Positions 1 to 12,619 of a DNA stretch of 64,000 nt are shown in pieces (within the stretch, counting starts at the first letter, position 1; every line of letters begins with the position of its first letter). A model generated the notes under the pieces. The model was not told the DNA's origin, did no database searches, and was given only the letters and a program-made list of their open reading frames with translations. Source of the DNA: Psilocybe cubensis (lineage: Eukaryota); the NCBI GenBank assembly GCA_017499595.2, contig CM038998.1, positions 3,782,001-3,846,000 on the forward strand, written 5' to 3'. The position numbers were made by a program, and so were the translations under genes.

Positions 1-2425
1 GGACAAGCCGCACAGGTGCCATGAGCCCTTGATATGCTGCAAGCGCGTCTGGCTGACCAACTCCATCTCTCAAGTATACTCTTGATCCCAAGGATCCAGT
101 CACAGGTTCTGCTTTGCACGTTGTTCTTCCCGGAGGTTTGCAAGAAGAAGCCAAGGTCACCATCAAGGTTTACTACAGAACCACCCAAGACTGCACTGCG
201 TTACAATGGTTGGACAAGGAGTGAGCTTATTCTTTCGTCGTTCCTGTGCTCTTTCTGATGTTGTAACGAAGTCAAACGCAAGGAAAAAAGTTCCCTTATC
301 TATTCAGCCAGTGTCAGCCTATCTACGCGCGCTCCCTTGCGCCTCTTCAAGGTACATGCCGGTCCATTCGCAGTGCTATGTACTAATTTTACTGATAACC
401 TGACTTATAGACACTCCTGGAAACAAAATTGTGAGCAATAACATCCATACCGTGGCAAAGAAGAGGTCTGAAACACTCATAACAACAGAAATACTCCGCA
501 AAAGTCACTGCTGTACTTCCAGTACTGCTCTCTGCTATACGTATATCGCCACCATCCGACGGGCCCCCTCACGATGGCAAAGAAATAGGAACGGACCTTG
601 TGACCTATACATACGATCAGGTTTGTCTGGTCGCGTCGTCATGTTTGCTATCATTGCCTTGACACATTTACGTATCAGCCCATACCAATCCCGTCGTACC
701 TGATTGCTATCGCAGTGGGCAACGTCCTCTATGAAGAGTTTAAAACGCCTGAAGGCAAACAATGGACCAGTGGTATCTGGGCTGAACCCGAGACGATCGA
801 AGCCGCGTACTACGAGTTTAGCGAAGACACAACGAAGTATGGATGCTCTTGTATGAAACATCGATGTCAAGTCTAAAGATTGGTCTCCCAAGGTTTTTGG
901 CAGCGGAGGAGGAGCTCGTCACGTCCTATCGATTCGGGGTGTACGACCTGCTCGTGTTGCCACCTTCTTTCCCATATGGAGGCATGGTACGCACATCTAT
1001 GTTTGGTGTAGATTAATACTGAGATTACACTCAGGAAAACGCGTGCCTGAGTTTTTTGACTCCAAGTAAGCGTCCTCTATCCAAATACATCACAATCGAT
1101 TGACCACTGCATAGCTCTCTTGACCGGGGACAGAACCCTCGTCGACGTTGTCGTGCACGAGCTCACCCACTCATGGTTCGGAAACGGCGTCACGCAAGTC
1201 CTTTCTCCATTCTCCTCCCGTCCAGCATCCCCAACTGACCCACTCTGACCCCAAAGCCACGCAAACCCCTCCCACTTCTGGCTCAACGAGGGCTGGACGA
1301 CGTACATCGAGCGCGTGCTGCAGGAGAAACTGCACTCCCCCGCCGCCCGCGGCTTCGCATATGTGATCGGGTCCAAGGCGCTGTACGACTCGCTGAAGGA
1401 CTACGAGGACCGGCCTAAGTTCCAGAGGCTCGTCATCGCCTTTGAGGAGGGCGAGGATCCCGACGACGCATACAGCAGCATTCCATACGAAAAGGGTGCG
1501 AATTTCATCCTGCACCTCGGTGAGTCCTCTTCATCTCTGCATGTATTCGCATTCTAATATAAAAGCGTGAGTGCAGAAGAAACCCTCGGCGGACTCGACG
1601 TGTTCTTGCCCTACGTCAAAAGCTACGTCGAGAAGTTCATGGGGCAAAGCATAACAACCGCCGAATGGAAGGAGCACCTCTACGAGTACTGGCGCGACGC
1701 CGACGAGTCCAAGATCGCCGCCCTCGACGACGTTGACTGGGACGGCTGGCTGTACGGCGAAGGCACCGAGCTGCCAGTGAAAATGGTGTACGATCTGACA
1801 TTAGCAGAGGCGGCGTGGTCGCTCGCAGAGAGGTGGGACCAAGCGCGGGACAAGTCCGTCAAAGATCTCGACTTTACCGAAGACGATCTGAAAGGATTCA
1901 ACTCGAACCAGATCGGTGCGTAGAACACCCACAGCTGAATAATAAGAAGCTCAAAAAAAGCAAACAAACGAACTGACGAACGACCTTTTCACAGTCGCCT
2001 TCCTCGAGAAACTCCAGTCCTACGATGCACTGCCCTCTCCCCTCATCGAACACCTCGGCTCGCTCTACCAAGTATCCAGCACACCCAACGCCGAAATCCG
2101 GCTGCGCTTCTACGGCGTCGCGCTCTTAGACCCTACCTCGGACGCAGCCAAAACGTTCGCGGTCGAAGCTGCCAACTGGGTCGTGGGCAAGGACGGCACC
2201 GGGGTGATCAAGGGCAGGATGAAGTTCTGCAGGCCCGTCTTGCGCGATGTGGGAAAGGTTGATATTGAGTTTGCGAGGAAGGAGTGGATCGCTGCTCGGG
2301 ATCAGTTCCACCCTATTGCGCGCAAGTTGATTGACAAGGTCGGTATTTTTTGTTGTGCTTTGGCGATTTGAAAGGTTGCTGATGGTTGGTCTTCTTCATA
2401 GGATTTGGGCATCACGAAAGCTTGA
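1..2425 (+). CDS. LAP2: Leukotriene A4 hydrolase / M1 family zinc aminopeptidase; multi-exon, 5' end upstream of the window
   Basis: Spliced reading gives [42 protein letters not shown] (GXMEN), [34 protein letters not shown] (HEXXH..E), PYEKG and GRMKFCRP; last exon DLGITKA ends in TGA at 2423-2425. Confidence 0.96.
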
Positions 2426-2769
2426 AGGGAGATGAATGACCCTACACAGGTCGAGACGGAAATCTTCTTCTAAGTAGCCGTCCAAAACGTGCATGAACGT
2501 ATACACCACACAAAAAACCACAAATCGAGAAAAAATGAAATTACCAACTTGAATCCACACAATGCTAACACATTAAACACAAACACGAAAAAAAGTCAGA
2601 GACGCAAAAAAGCCAAGAGTATAACATTCGGATATATATAAAGAGGAAGAAAGAAAAAACAACCCATTACGAACAAACAAAACAAGAAAAGGAAAAAAAA
2701 GAAAAACAAACAATTAAGAGAATGTGTGTGCACACATGAAACACGGACAAAATGCGAAAATGCCAGGCA

Positions 2770-3182
2770 TTACTTGAATCCACCCCATATATCACCAAAC
2801 ACATCGTCCGTCTTCTGCTGCTGCTGTGCAGGCTGCGCGGTACTCCCAAACGCCGACGACGATCCAAACAGATCAGGAATACCACTACCAGCCGCCGGCG
2901 TCGCAGCAGCAGCAGGCGCGCCCCACACAGCGTTTGTATTAAACAAACTATTCTGCTGCTGCAGTGCCTGTTGTTGCGCGTACTGTTGATGCTGCATTTG
3001 GAACTGCTGCTGGAACTGCTGCTGTTGCTGTTGTGGCGACAACGACGAGGCAGGTGTGCCCCAGACATTAGGCTGCGCAGGTAAAATAGGCGCTGTTGCA
3101 CCCACACCGTTCCATCCACCAGCACCAGCACCAGCACCACTTGCACCACCTCCGCCCCACTGCTGTGTCTGGTTAAACAACA

Positions 3183-3266
<84 letters not shown>

Positions 3267-4614
3267 GAGGGAGCATCTGAGCATGCGGCACCTGCACACC
3301 ACCCCAAAGCGCCGCCTGGTTCCCAAACGCGCCTCCAAATCCAGCACCTCCAACAGCGGCAGCAGCAGCCGGAGGGGGCGCAGAAAAAAGCGACAAAATA
3401 TCCTGCTTCACGTCTTTCTTCGGCTGCTCCGCCACAGCCGTCTTCTGCACCGGAGACGGCGCGTGGAAGTCGAGCGAGAAGAGCTCGTTTTCGAGGGATT
3501 TAGGCTGTGCCGCCTGCGCCTGCGCTGGCGCGGGGGTGGCGTGTGCCTGCTGGACGGGCTGTGCGGGGACTGCGCCTGTCGGCCGATTGGAGGTGTAGTT
3601 GGACGAAAGGAGCTGGTGCGTTTGAGGCTGCCTTGTGATGACGGGCGCGGCGCGGGAGGAGAAGCTGGCTGTCGGAGCATGGCGGGTCTGCTGCGTCGTG
3701 GGCGTCGTCGCTGGTGCTGGTGCTGGTGCTGGCACTGATGGTGGAGGTGCGGGAGGCGCGGATGACCCGGCTGCGCCGCCGGTGGTATCCAGCACGGAGG
3801 GATCGGCTGGTGGAGGACCGTCCATCGCCCATCTTCGCGATTCGTATTTGGATCGGATGAAAGATTCCATTTTGCTAGATCAGACATGGATCAGTCGGTG
3901 TTTATCGATTAGACATGAAGGAAAAATCGGAAGTGAAGTGAAGTAGGATGCGGAATAATGAGGACTAGACATGTTGAAAGAACACAGAAGAGAAAGAGAG
4001 AACCCGACGCACTGTTCAGGAGGCACATGCCCAGCTTTCAAATGCGCTTCCCAGTACAAATTCGCCAGATGATTGCCCCATTTCTGAATCGACTGCAGAA
4101 CATTATCAATTCAAAAAAACAAAAAAACAAAAACACAGTCATTTTTAGCGTAAAAACACCCTCCGCGGGAGGAAGCTACAACAACCAAACGCACCTCCAT
4201 CTGCTCGGGCGTCCATACGTCCAGATCGACGGACTTGACTTTGCTGATGTGTGTGCCCATCCCTCGATGGATCCCCGAGCATCGAATGCACAGAAAAACG
4301 CCCCTATAAATACAAGAATATCGCCATCGAGTATCATATCAGACACAACGCCACACGAAAGAACAAGGCACGACTCGGACGCACAGATTCCAGGACGCCC
4401 ATCGTGGATCTACGTGGTGCGGGAGAGGGGGGGGGGTCATAAGAGTCAGCGCATAAGTCGAGAATCTAGGGTGCTAGACCATCGCTGAAATAGGGATTGT
4501 TCACTGACCATTGCGTTTACAGTCCGCGCAGACTTTGTTTTCGGGGCGCTTGACGAGCTCGCGGAGCGTACGCGCGAAGCGGTCAGTCGTCGCTTTGTCC
4601 TGTCGCACGGACAT
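2770..4614 (-). CDS. ArfGAP-domain protein (SMAP/Age2/Gts1-like) with low-complexity polyQ C-terminus; multi-exon
   Basis: ATG at 4614 gives [36 protein letters not shown]; later exons give [55 protein letters not shown] and [13 protein letters not shown] (C4 zinc finger ArfGAP). Confidence 0.93.
3184..3267 (-). repeat. Compound (CAA)n(CAG)n trinucleotide repeat encoding about 28 Gln in the ArfGAP
   Basis: Plus strand shows a (CTG)n run followed by a (TTG)n run; the ORF track shows the polyQ. Confidence 0.95.
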
Positions 4615-5529
4615 TTGTTGTCGTTATCGTGATCGGTATCGGTATCGGTATCGGTGATGAGAGGAGGAGGAAGGGCGAGTGTGCAGTGACAGAGAGGTGT
4701 ATGTGTATTTGATCCTGCGGATTTTCGAAACCAGGGGCCATCTCTGAGCGAATTCTGGAGGCTGCTGCATAACACACCACGACAAAAAGATGTCGGTTTC
4801 TTGGGCACAATTTCCATTTTTGGATATCCGTTTTATTCTGGGTCTGTAATTTGCCAAGGCTTCTGGCTTCTCTGGATCTGTCATCTCTGGAATCTATCAC
4901 ATCGTGCAAAAATTAGCGCCCGTCTGCACTGCAGGCGAGTTTCAACCTCGAGGCTAGATTTTTTTGTCTTTAGTTTCATACATTTTAAATTCTGTGCTGT
5001 AGGATTTGACACACACTAGTCACGGCTCTTTGATATATCAATTTGAATGACAGGCGACTCAAGCTGGTACATACATCAAAGGAATTCAGAGATATGTGAG
5101 TCCATCCAGGCTGAGTGTGACTACTACCATCATATTCCGCAGATTTACTATCTCTATGACTCACCCCTGCGACTCCGTTCCCGTGCGCAGTATACTTGAA
5201 TGTGCACCAGCAAAGTCGTTCCATCAACTTAAAAAGGTAGCCTTTATCACATACGCGCTCGCCCATGAATATCGTCTCTGAATTAATGACAGCCCAAGAC
5301 TCACTAAGGACTCAGAGCTTGATCACTCGAATAAGGCTCACAAATATTTTGACAGGATGATAAATTGAAGTTAAGGATTGTGTATACGTGTTATACAACG
5401 TGTCCAAGTTGGCCTTTTCTCTGAAGTCTTATCCTCCATCTTAAAAAAATTTGCTGTATATTTCTCCCAGTTCCGCGTTTCTTAGTTGTTGTTCATCAAA
5501 AGAGGGTTCAATCACAAATCAGTATCCGA

Positions 5530-5828
5530 TCAGTCGCAGCTTGGAGCTTTACGGGGACTGCATGGACCACAGGCACCTAGGACATCATTTTCAGCTCATG
5601 AATAACTAATAGCATATGGATATGAATGAATGTGCGTACATCCTGGTCCTGGAGGACCTGTGAAAAAAAAAAACTATCAGAAAAACAATTCATCCACATA
5701 CATGTATTTGACTCTGAGTAAAGCTTACGTGTAGCTTCAGGGGCAAAGACTGGGTTCGCAATCACAGCAGTCATCATCATTGCAGCAATTAATGCGTGAA
5801 GAGCAACTGAAATTTTTGGGAGCTGCAT
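5530..5828 (-). CDS. Small secreted cysteine-rich peptide, 54 aa, 3 exons (5828-5729, 5657-5640, 5576-5530)
   Basis: Introns GTAAGC...CACAG and GTACGC...CCTAG join in frame (100+18+47 nt) to give MQLPKISVALHALIAAMMMTAVIANPVFAPEATRPPGPGCACGPCSPRKAPSCD*. Hydrophobic signal-like N-terminus ending VIA-NP; TATAAA about 60 nt upstream on the minus strand. Confidence 0.75.
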
Positions 5829-7002
5829 TGTTGAGGTTTAATGGTTTGAGCAAGAGGACTGTGTGTTAGGTCAGGTCACAGAAGGCTCCTTTATATCTTA
5901 GACGATGAACAGTAAATTTAACTGGGCAAGGAGAACCGCGATACCCGCTGTTTTTTTAGGAGGAACCATAGTGTCGTACATATTTATGTCGTATATTATT
6001 AAATGATTGATTTCAACATATTTAGTTTGAGAATGATCACACTGCTAATGAATGAGGTACACGTCTTGTGTGTCTAGATCTAGTTTGGAATGTTTTTGAC
6101 GGTTTATCAAAGAAATATAGTCCAGAAATTGCTTTCCAAACTGTATTCCTCTGCATCGTTAATAACCACGCACATATAACCAGAAAATCCAGAGTCAAAA
6201 ATGATAATTTGTTTGCGGATATAAATAAGCGCCAGCAATAGCCAGTCCCATCTTTACTGCTTTACTTCTATCTTTGGTTCAATTAATCCGAGTCCCAATG
6301 TAAACACAAGATGATTTCCGTGCTCTTTTGTTCTGGATCTCTCTATAGTGCTGGAATCTTGGATATATCCAAGCCAATTCGCACATTGAGATGAAGTTTC
6401 CGCGTCCTATATATCTTCCACTAGGCTACAACACATCCAAAAAACAAGGTTCCTTCTAAAACTGTTATCTATGCAAAATCCGGCAACCAAACAATACGGC
6501 GGAGAATTTCCTTGCCCAATTATTTAAATTTCCTATCACATCAAGCCCGATCTGCTCATGCTATAAGCATCCCTTCACCTGTCAATTGAATGATTTCTGA
6601 TTGAAGACCAATTATGAATTTCATGATTATAATCCCCAGGTAACATCCCAGATTACTCAAGTTTTGCAGAGGTTACAGCAGCAGTTTCATGTTGCATAAA
6701 ATTCCCAAAATCAATGCTATGCGCTTACTCTGATATTTCGTTACAACTCTCAAATCAAGGCAGCAGGCTAGTCAGGTTACATGTTGGTCACAGTTGGGCT
6801 CATCCTATATCATTATCATCTACGACATAGGCAAATTTAACTGAGTACTAGGGGAACTGCCATAATCATCTTTTTTTATGGAAAAGCATGGTACGATCTT
6901 GCTCCCCGTAGATTACATATTTATCCCGCATATAATTAAATCTCACAACCATGAGAAAAGGTCACACGCCTCATTCCAATTCATCTGCAAGGTAAGGTAA
7001 AA

Positions 7003-7215
7003 GCTGCAAATCAGTTTTTCATTTTATGCTAGTGGGTAGATATCAGAGCCAGCATATAAACATGGCCACTAGCAGGCCATATCACTTTTTTTTTTTTTTT
7101 TTTTTTTTTTGCTGCAAATCAGTTTTTCATTTTATGCTAGTGGGTAGATATCAGAGCCAGCATATAAACATGGCCACTAGCAGGCCATATCACTTTTTTT
7201 TTTTTTTTTTTTTTT
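7003..7215. repeat. Direct tandem duplication of an 83-bp unit, each copy followed by a 22-25 nt T run
   Basis: GCTGCAAATCAGTTTTTCATTTTATGCTAGTGG...GGCCATATCAC(T)n occurs at 7003 and 7111, identical apart from T-run length. Confidence 0.92.
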
Positions 7216-9424
7216 GACTTTTGGCAGAAAAGACGCAATTGAAAGACAAACCACATGCGCTGCTTTTATTTTATTTTAATTTCTTTTATTGCAGACCATG
7301 TCCAGGTCTAGGTACAGGTCCAGCAGAGCCGATGGAGCGCAATGAGAAAACTACAAGTACAAGCAAAGGTGCCAGGAGCATGTACTTGCAAAGGATTGAG
7401 TTGCTGTGTCAATTGTTATGTCTGCCATTTTCTCTGTGCCCTACCAATAAAACTAAGGGTGAAACTAAAGAAAAAATAGAAAGGAAAGGAAAGGAAAGGA
7501 AAGGATCCCAAGTTAAAGCAGGGTTTTAAGCTCCTGGCACTGCTGGCGCTGATACATATTTGATAGAAAAATATGTATCGGTAATTATGTTTCCTGTTGG
7601 TTTTTGACATATTTTTCTTGTATATAGAGTCCGGGGTTACCCAATTAGGGAAGCCCAAATCCTATATTCCAATAAAATACGTCAAAAAAATGTAGGAAAC
7701 ATAATTACTGGGTCTTATTTTCTTTGAAAATATGAATGAGCGCCAGCGGTGTGGGCCTGGGACGTTCATGATCGTGGTTATTAATGATGGGTAGATAAGA
7801 TAAGATAAGATAAGATTAGTGAAACTTAAATAGGGGGTACGCAGTATCATGATTTGTGATCATCCCAGCCTGGTGGCAGCCATGAAATCAAGAAAGACAC
7901 GAACGTATACTATCCGTACGTACAACCAAGTCAGGTAGCCGTTAGGTGTGATTTATTCGAGGTTTTGCGATTTTAAATGTAATAGATACGCACATGCGTG
8001 GGGATTTTAGTAATTCTGCTGTTTGCTAGATTGAAGCTGAATCCGAGTCCAAGGGGAAAGGAAAGGAAAGCGTCATTTGGAGTCTGGAGGCAAGACCACA
8101 ATCATGATCACTGCTCTAGGATTTGTACACCTTTCTCAACTTGTGCTTGTGCTTAGGCTTCTTTACAGGTTGTCGGCGGAAAGTCGTATAAGGGGAGTAT
8201 GAGCAACATGATTTTAATTGCGAGATAATTTCTTATGATAGTGATAGAGATACTCCCTTGCGAACGGGCAAAGGGTTCTTGGACATGCAAATGGACATGG
8301 ACATGAGCTCGAGATATTCAAGTTCCAGAATGCACAGTCCAGCAGGGACACTGATACTGGTGTTCTTTCGGATTTCTGAATCCGATTTCAAGCATCCAGA
8401 TTCCAGAATCCAAAATGCAAAGGAAAGCAAAAGCGCATTCATCATGATCTTCCAACTTCCAACTTCCATCTATCTTCCATCTATCTTCTATCTTCCATCT
8501 TCTTCAGAATATCTTCCGTAAAAGTGAAGTTAACGGACCCATTCATTATCGTTAACATATACTCGATGGAAAAAACTGACTGACTAGCTAACGGTCTGGT
8601 ACGATGAAATCGATATTCATGTTCAGTCACCAAAGTCAAAGTCAAAGTCAAAGACAAAGTCAAATAGAGACTGCATTTAACGACGTCCGTAGTAGCACTC
8701 ACAACAAAGTCCCAATCAGCGTCAGAGCGATGTCGACTTTGAATGTTAACTTGCATACAAGCCCGAGTCAAGTCCAATTAAGCAAAGAAGGCAGGATCCG
8801 AGCTCTTCCACCATGATACATCACGTACGGGTACGGGACTGAGGCTGGTATACATATCTCTGCTTGAATAAGTTGTCAAGTTTTCAGAGGGCCGGAATCG
8901 TTGATTATACTCATGCTCCTGAGACGAGATGGAATCCCAAACTGTCGCCCCTCAGCTGAGCGGGAACCAAGAGAACACCGTCATCACCAATGATCAAGAT
9001 AACGCAAAGTACGCGGCCGGCTACGCAGTAACGTAGTAAATCTCGGCGAACCATAAGAGCCTGTAACAAAAACAAGGGACGGGACGGACAAGGAGGTTTC
9101 ATGAACAGCGAAGTTTATGTTTTGTCCTCGTAAAGACAGCACGGTACCGCGAAGCTCCAATGCTGTTGAATGCCTGTGAGTAGATTCCCATGGCATGAGA
9201 TGAGATGATACGATATCGCATTGTAATAGCTGATGTGAAGATGGGGGTGTTCCCAGTTATTTGTCAATCGACAGGAAGAAAGAGTATGGATTGAACTTGT
9301 GAGTGATGGTAGAATTAAAAATAAAGGGAGTGGTAACTAGAGGAGACGGAAAAGGAGATCGATGTTGTGCACGTGTGATTATGTACTGATTGCAACAGAT
9401 TTGGCGGTTGGTAGAGTGAGTGTA

Positions 9425-12400
9425 ATGGCCGCTTTGGCTGAACCAGCGATGGACAACACTCGCCAGCGCACCGACCAGCAGCAGCAGCAGCAACAACAAC
9501 ACCAACATCTGCAGCAGCAACAACAACAACTCCACCAGCAGATGCTCCAGCAGCAGTACCCATACACGGTGCAGCAACAACCGCAGGGGACATGGACACC
9601 AAACATCACTGCTACGCCCTTCTACCCCTCCTTCTACCAAAATCAGCAGGCATTTGACCAGCAGCTCGCAGCCCAGTGGGCCTACCAGCAGATGATGTTC
9701 AGTGCCCAGCATGGCTTTCCCCAGCCTGCATTCAACCCATTCCCCAGCGGCACCCCGCCTCCCAGGCAGGACCAGCAGCTGCCTCCTCACCCGTACCGCC
9801 GCCCCAATCGTTCCCAGCAACAACAACAGCAGCCCCTCCCGCCGTACGCCCGCCCCGACGCATCCAGCTCATCATCGTCCCTCAACTCCTCCTCCAGCCA
9901 TCACCACCACCACCCCCGCCAGCGCACCAACAGCACCCAAAGCTCAGCCAGCGCACACCGCCCCGCCTCCCTCCGCTCTGCCTCGGGCGCATCTTCCCGC
10001 TCAACCTCTTCCGCCCCAGCCCAGCCATCGCGCCAGCCCCTCCAGCTGCCCCGCACCGGCTCATCCTCCTCCTCCACTGCCTCCTCTTCCTCCGCGCCCT
10101 CCACCAGCACCACCCAACCCACCTCCCCAACAACCGTCGCCTCCTCCTCCTCCACCGCCACCTCACCCACCGCATCCGGGAGCCTGCCGCGCCTCACACG
10201 CCCCTCGCCCCTCTCCCAGGGCAGCAGCTACAGCGCCGCGGAGAAGCGCAGATCCCGGGACGACAGCGACATCGCCGCGCTCATCCACGAGCAGACGCCC
10301 ACCGCCGCCATCGTGCGCAGCGGCGGGCTCAAAGGCCGCCTCCGCCGCGCGCTCTCCTTCAACGCCGCACAAGCACTCAAAGAGGAAGAAGACGCTGCGC
10401 ATCCGACTGTGTATGAGGAGGACGAGGAGGAGGATGATGTGTCTATTAAAGCTTCTCAGGTCAACGGCAAGCTCAAGGCTAAATCCACCATTGCGCCCCA
10501 GTCTACTACTACTACTGCTGGTACTGCTACTACTACTGCTAAACCACTGGCTCCGCGGGGTAAAACACCAGAGGACGAGGCTGGGCCGTCCACTGCCACC
10601 CCGGTGCCGGTGAAGAAAAAGGGGCGCGCGGCGTCACTCTTCAACTCGCGCTTGAACGCGAGCACAGACAACATCTCGCTCTCGTCCACCGTCAGCTCCG
10701 CGAGCGTCATGATCCGCAAGCTCGGGGCGATGGGCAAGCTCGCCCGACGCAACTCGCTCGCTGGGATCACCTCCCTCTTTAAAGATAAAGATAAGGATAA
10801 AGATAGAGACGGCGAGGGGAAAGACAAAAAGGGGAAAAAGGCAGCAAAGGACGCGAAGAAGACGGCCAAGGGCCAGGCGAGCGAGGCGAGCGTGTCGCAT
10901 GTTACCGCTGAGCTCGATCGGATGGGCGCAGGGGGCGATTGGAGTGTGGGCGCGGAGATGAACGGGCTGTCGCCTGCTGCGAAGCTCGCAAGGCAGCACA
11001 CGCTCAAGTCGAATGCGGAGGCGGCTGCGAAGGCGAAAGAGGCCGCTGCGGCGAAGGAGGCCGCGGAGAAGGAAAAGGAGAAGGAGGCTGCTGCGACGGC
11101 GGCGGCGGCGGGGAGGGGGCAGGTGTTTGCGAATGGCGCGGGGGTGGGGCCCCGGGGGCGGGGGTGCCGGCGTGGGATCGGAATACGGCGACGAGGCACG
11201 GGTCGGTGTCGCCTGTCAAAGGCGGGATGGGCGTGCACAGGATCAACGAGGACGGCACGCGCACGCTCGTAGAGTCCGACGACGAGAGCGACGACGGGCA
11301 TTATCCCCAGCAGCAGCAGCAACAACAGCCATACCACCACCAACAACAACAGCAGCAGCAGCAACAAAATTACAACGCGGACGGATGGGACGACGATGAA
11401 GAATGGGACGTCGATGGCGACGGGGACGGGGACGAGCACGACGGCGATGATGGGGACGAGGACGTCACGATCCGCATGAGCGCCGAGCAGCAACAACACT
11501 CTCAACGCACGAGCGCAGACTCCAACACAAGCGACATGGAGCCGTGGGCCGTCGACATCCGGCGGAGCATCGAAAAGGCGCGGCAGCCCGCCAAAGGCAT
11601 CCTCAAGCGCGCGGAGAGCTACGACCAGCAGGCGTACCTCGTCCAGGACCCACACGCGCATGGATTTGGGCATGGACACGGGCATGGACATGGACATGGG
11701 TTTGGGCAGATGCGCGCGAGATCGAACTCGTACAACGCCCCTGGGACGGGGACGGCGCAGGAGAGTGGGCCGGGCCCGCTTGCGCGCATGCCGAGTCCGG
11801 ATCCTGATCATATTGACGGGCTGCATCGGCACGGGTCGCATTCGTCTGTGCATAAACATCGAGAGCGCGAGCGGGAGAGGGAAAAGGAGCAGGCGCCGTG
11901 GTTGCCGCCGCTTTCGTTTGACGGCGAGTCGTCGTCGCCTCTGTCCAGCACGTTCCTTGGAAGCACGGGCACGTCGAAAGAGCTGCCTGCTACACCCACG
12001 TTCGACTCGCCTTCCTCATCATCATCATCATCACCATCTATAATCGCACCACAGCCCATTCACGCTTCCATACCCAACGCCAACCCCACGCCAACGATAA
12101 CAGCTAACCGCGCATCCGCAATCTACCAACACCCCTCGCTCAACTCCTCCGCACCAGCACTAACAACCCACCCCTCCCCCTCTCCCTCCCCCTCCTCCTC
12201 CCCAACCTCTTCCCACCCCCACCCCCACCCATCCCACCCCCACCCACCAACTCTAACTCTAGCGCACCGCGCCGCCACCGCCCCCGCCCCCACCAAGCGC
12301 CTGACATTCGCCACGAATCTCTCAGTGTACGACACCTTCTCGGCATCGGTGTACGATAGGAGAAGCGAGCCTGCGACGTGGAGCCGGCTTACGCCTGCGC

Positions 12401-12585
12401 TTGCGCAGCGGATTAAGGAGGAGCTGAATTCGTATAAGATGGAGGAGATGGAGGTGCATGCTGCTAGTCGGATTCAGTGCGTTTTTTTGTTTTTTTTTGT
12501 TTCTCTATCTTTTTTTTTTTTTTTTTTTGGTTTGAGATTTGACGTTGAGCTAATCATATCCTCTAGCACACAATTTTTTGTCTGA
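9425..12585 (+). CDS. Bni4-like protein phosphatase 1 targeting protein (Q/S/P-rich, conserved C-terminal domain); apparent 1-nt frameshift near 11150; intron 12477-12566
   Basis: C-terminus KRLTFATNLSVYDTFSASVYDRRSEPATWSRLTPALAQRIKEELNSYKMEEMEVHAASRI|HTQFFV matches the Bni4/Phactr-type PP1-binding tail as I recall it; KGILK motif upstream. The N-half ORF (9362-11272) and C-half ORF (10939-12585) overlap in different frames across a G-rich patch. Confidence 0.8.
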
Positions 12586-12619
12586 AAGCGTTAAAACACT
12601 ACCACGCCTTCTTCATCGT

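Noticed and set aside
2667..3946. Overlapping ORFs with poly-C/L/S/N tracts around the ArfGAP
   Set aside because: Alternative-frame and antisense shadows of the CAG/CAA repeat and GC-rich coding sequence.
5530..5828. MSDIN/amatoxin-type or KEP/dikaritin RiPP precursor
   Set aside because: No MSDIN leader, no repeated KR-delimited cores, and no adjacent POP or DUF3328 gene; kept as a generic secreted Cys-rich peptide.
11140..11160. Programmed ribosomal frameshift in the Bni4-like gene
   Set aside because: No canonical X XXY YYZ slippery site with A/U triplets; a homopolymer indel error is simpler.
9257..12346. Long antisense/alternative ORFs (e.g. 10456-11859 minus, 9702-10613 plus)
   Set aside because: Shadows of the GC-rich Bni4-like CDS with no independent motifs.
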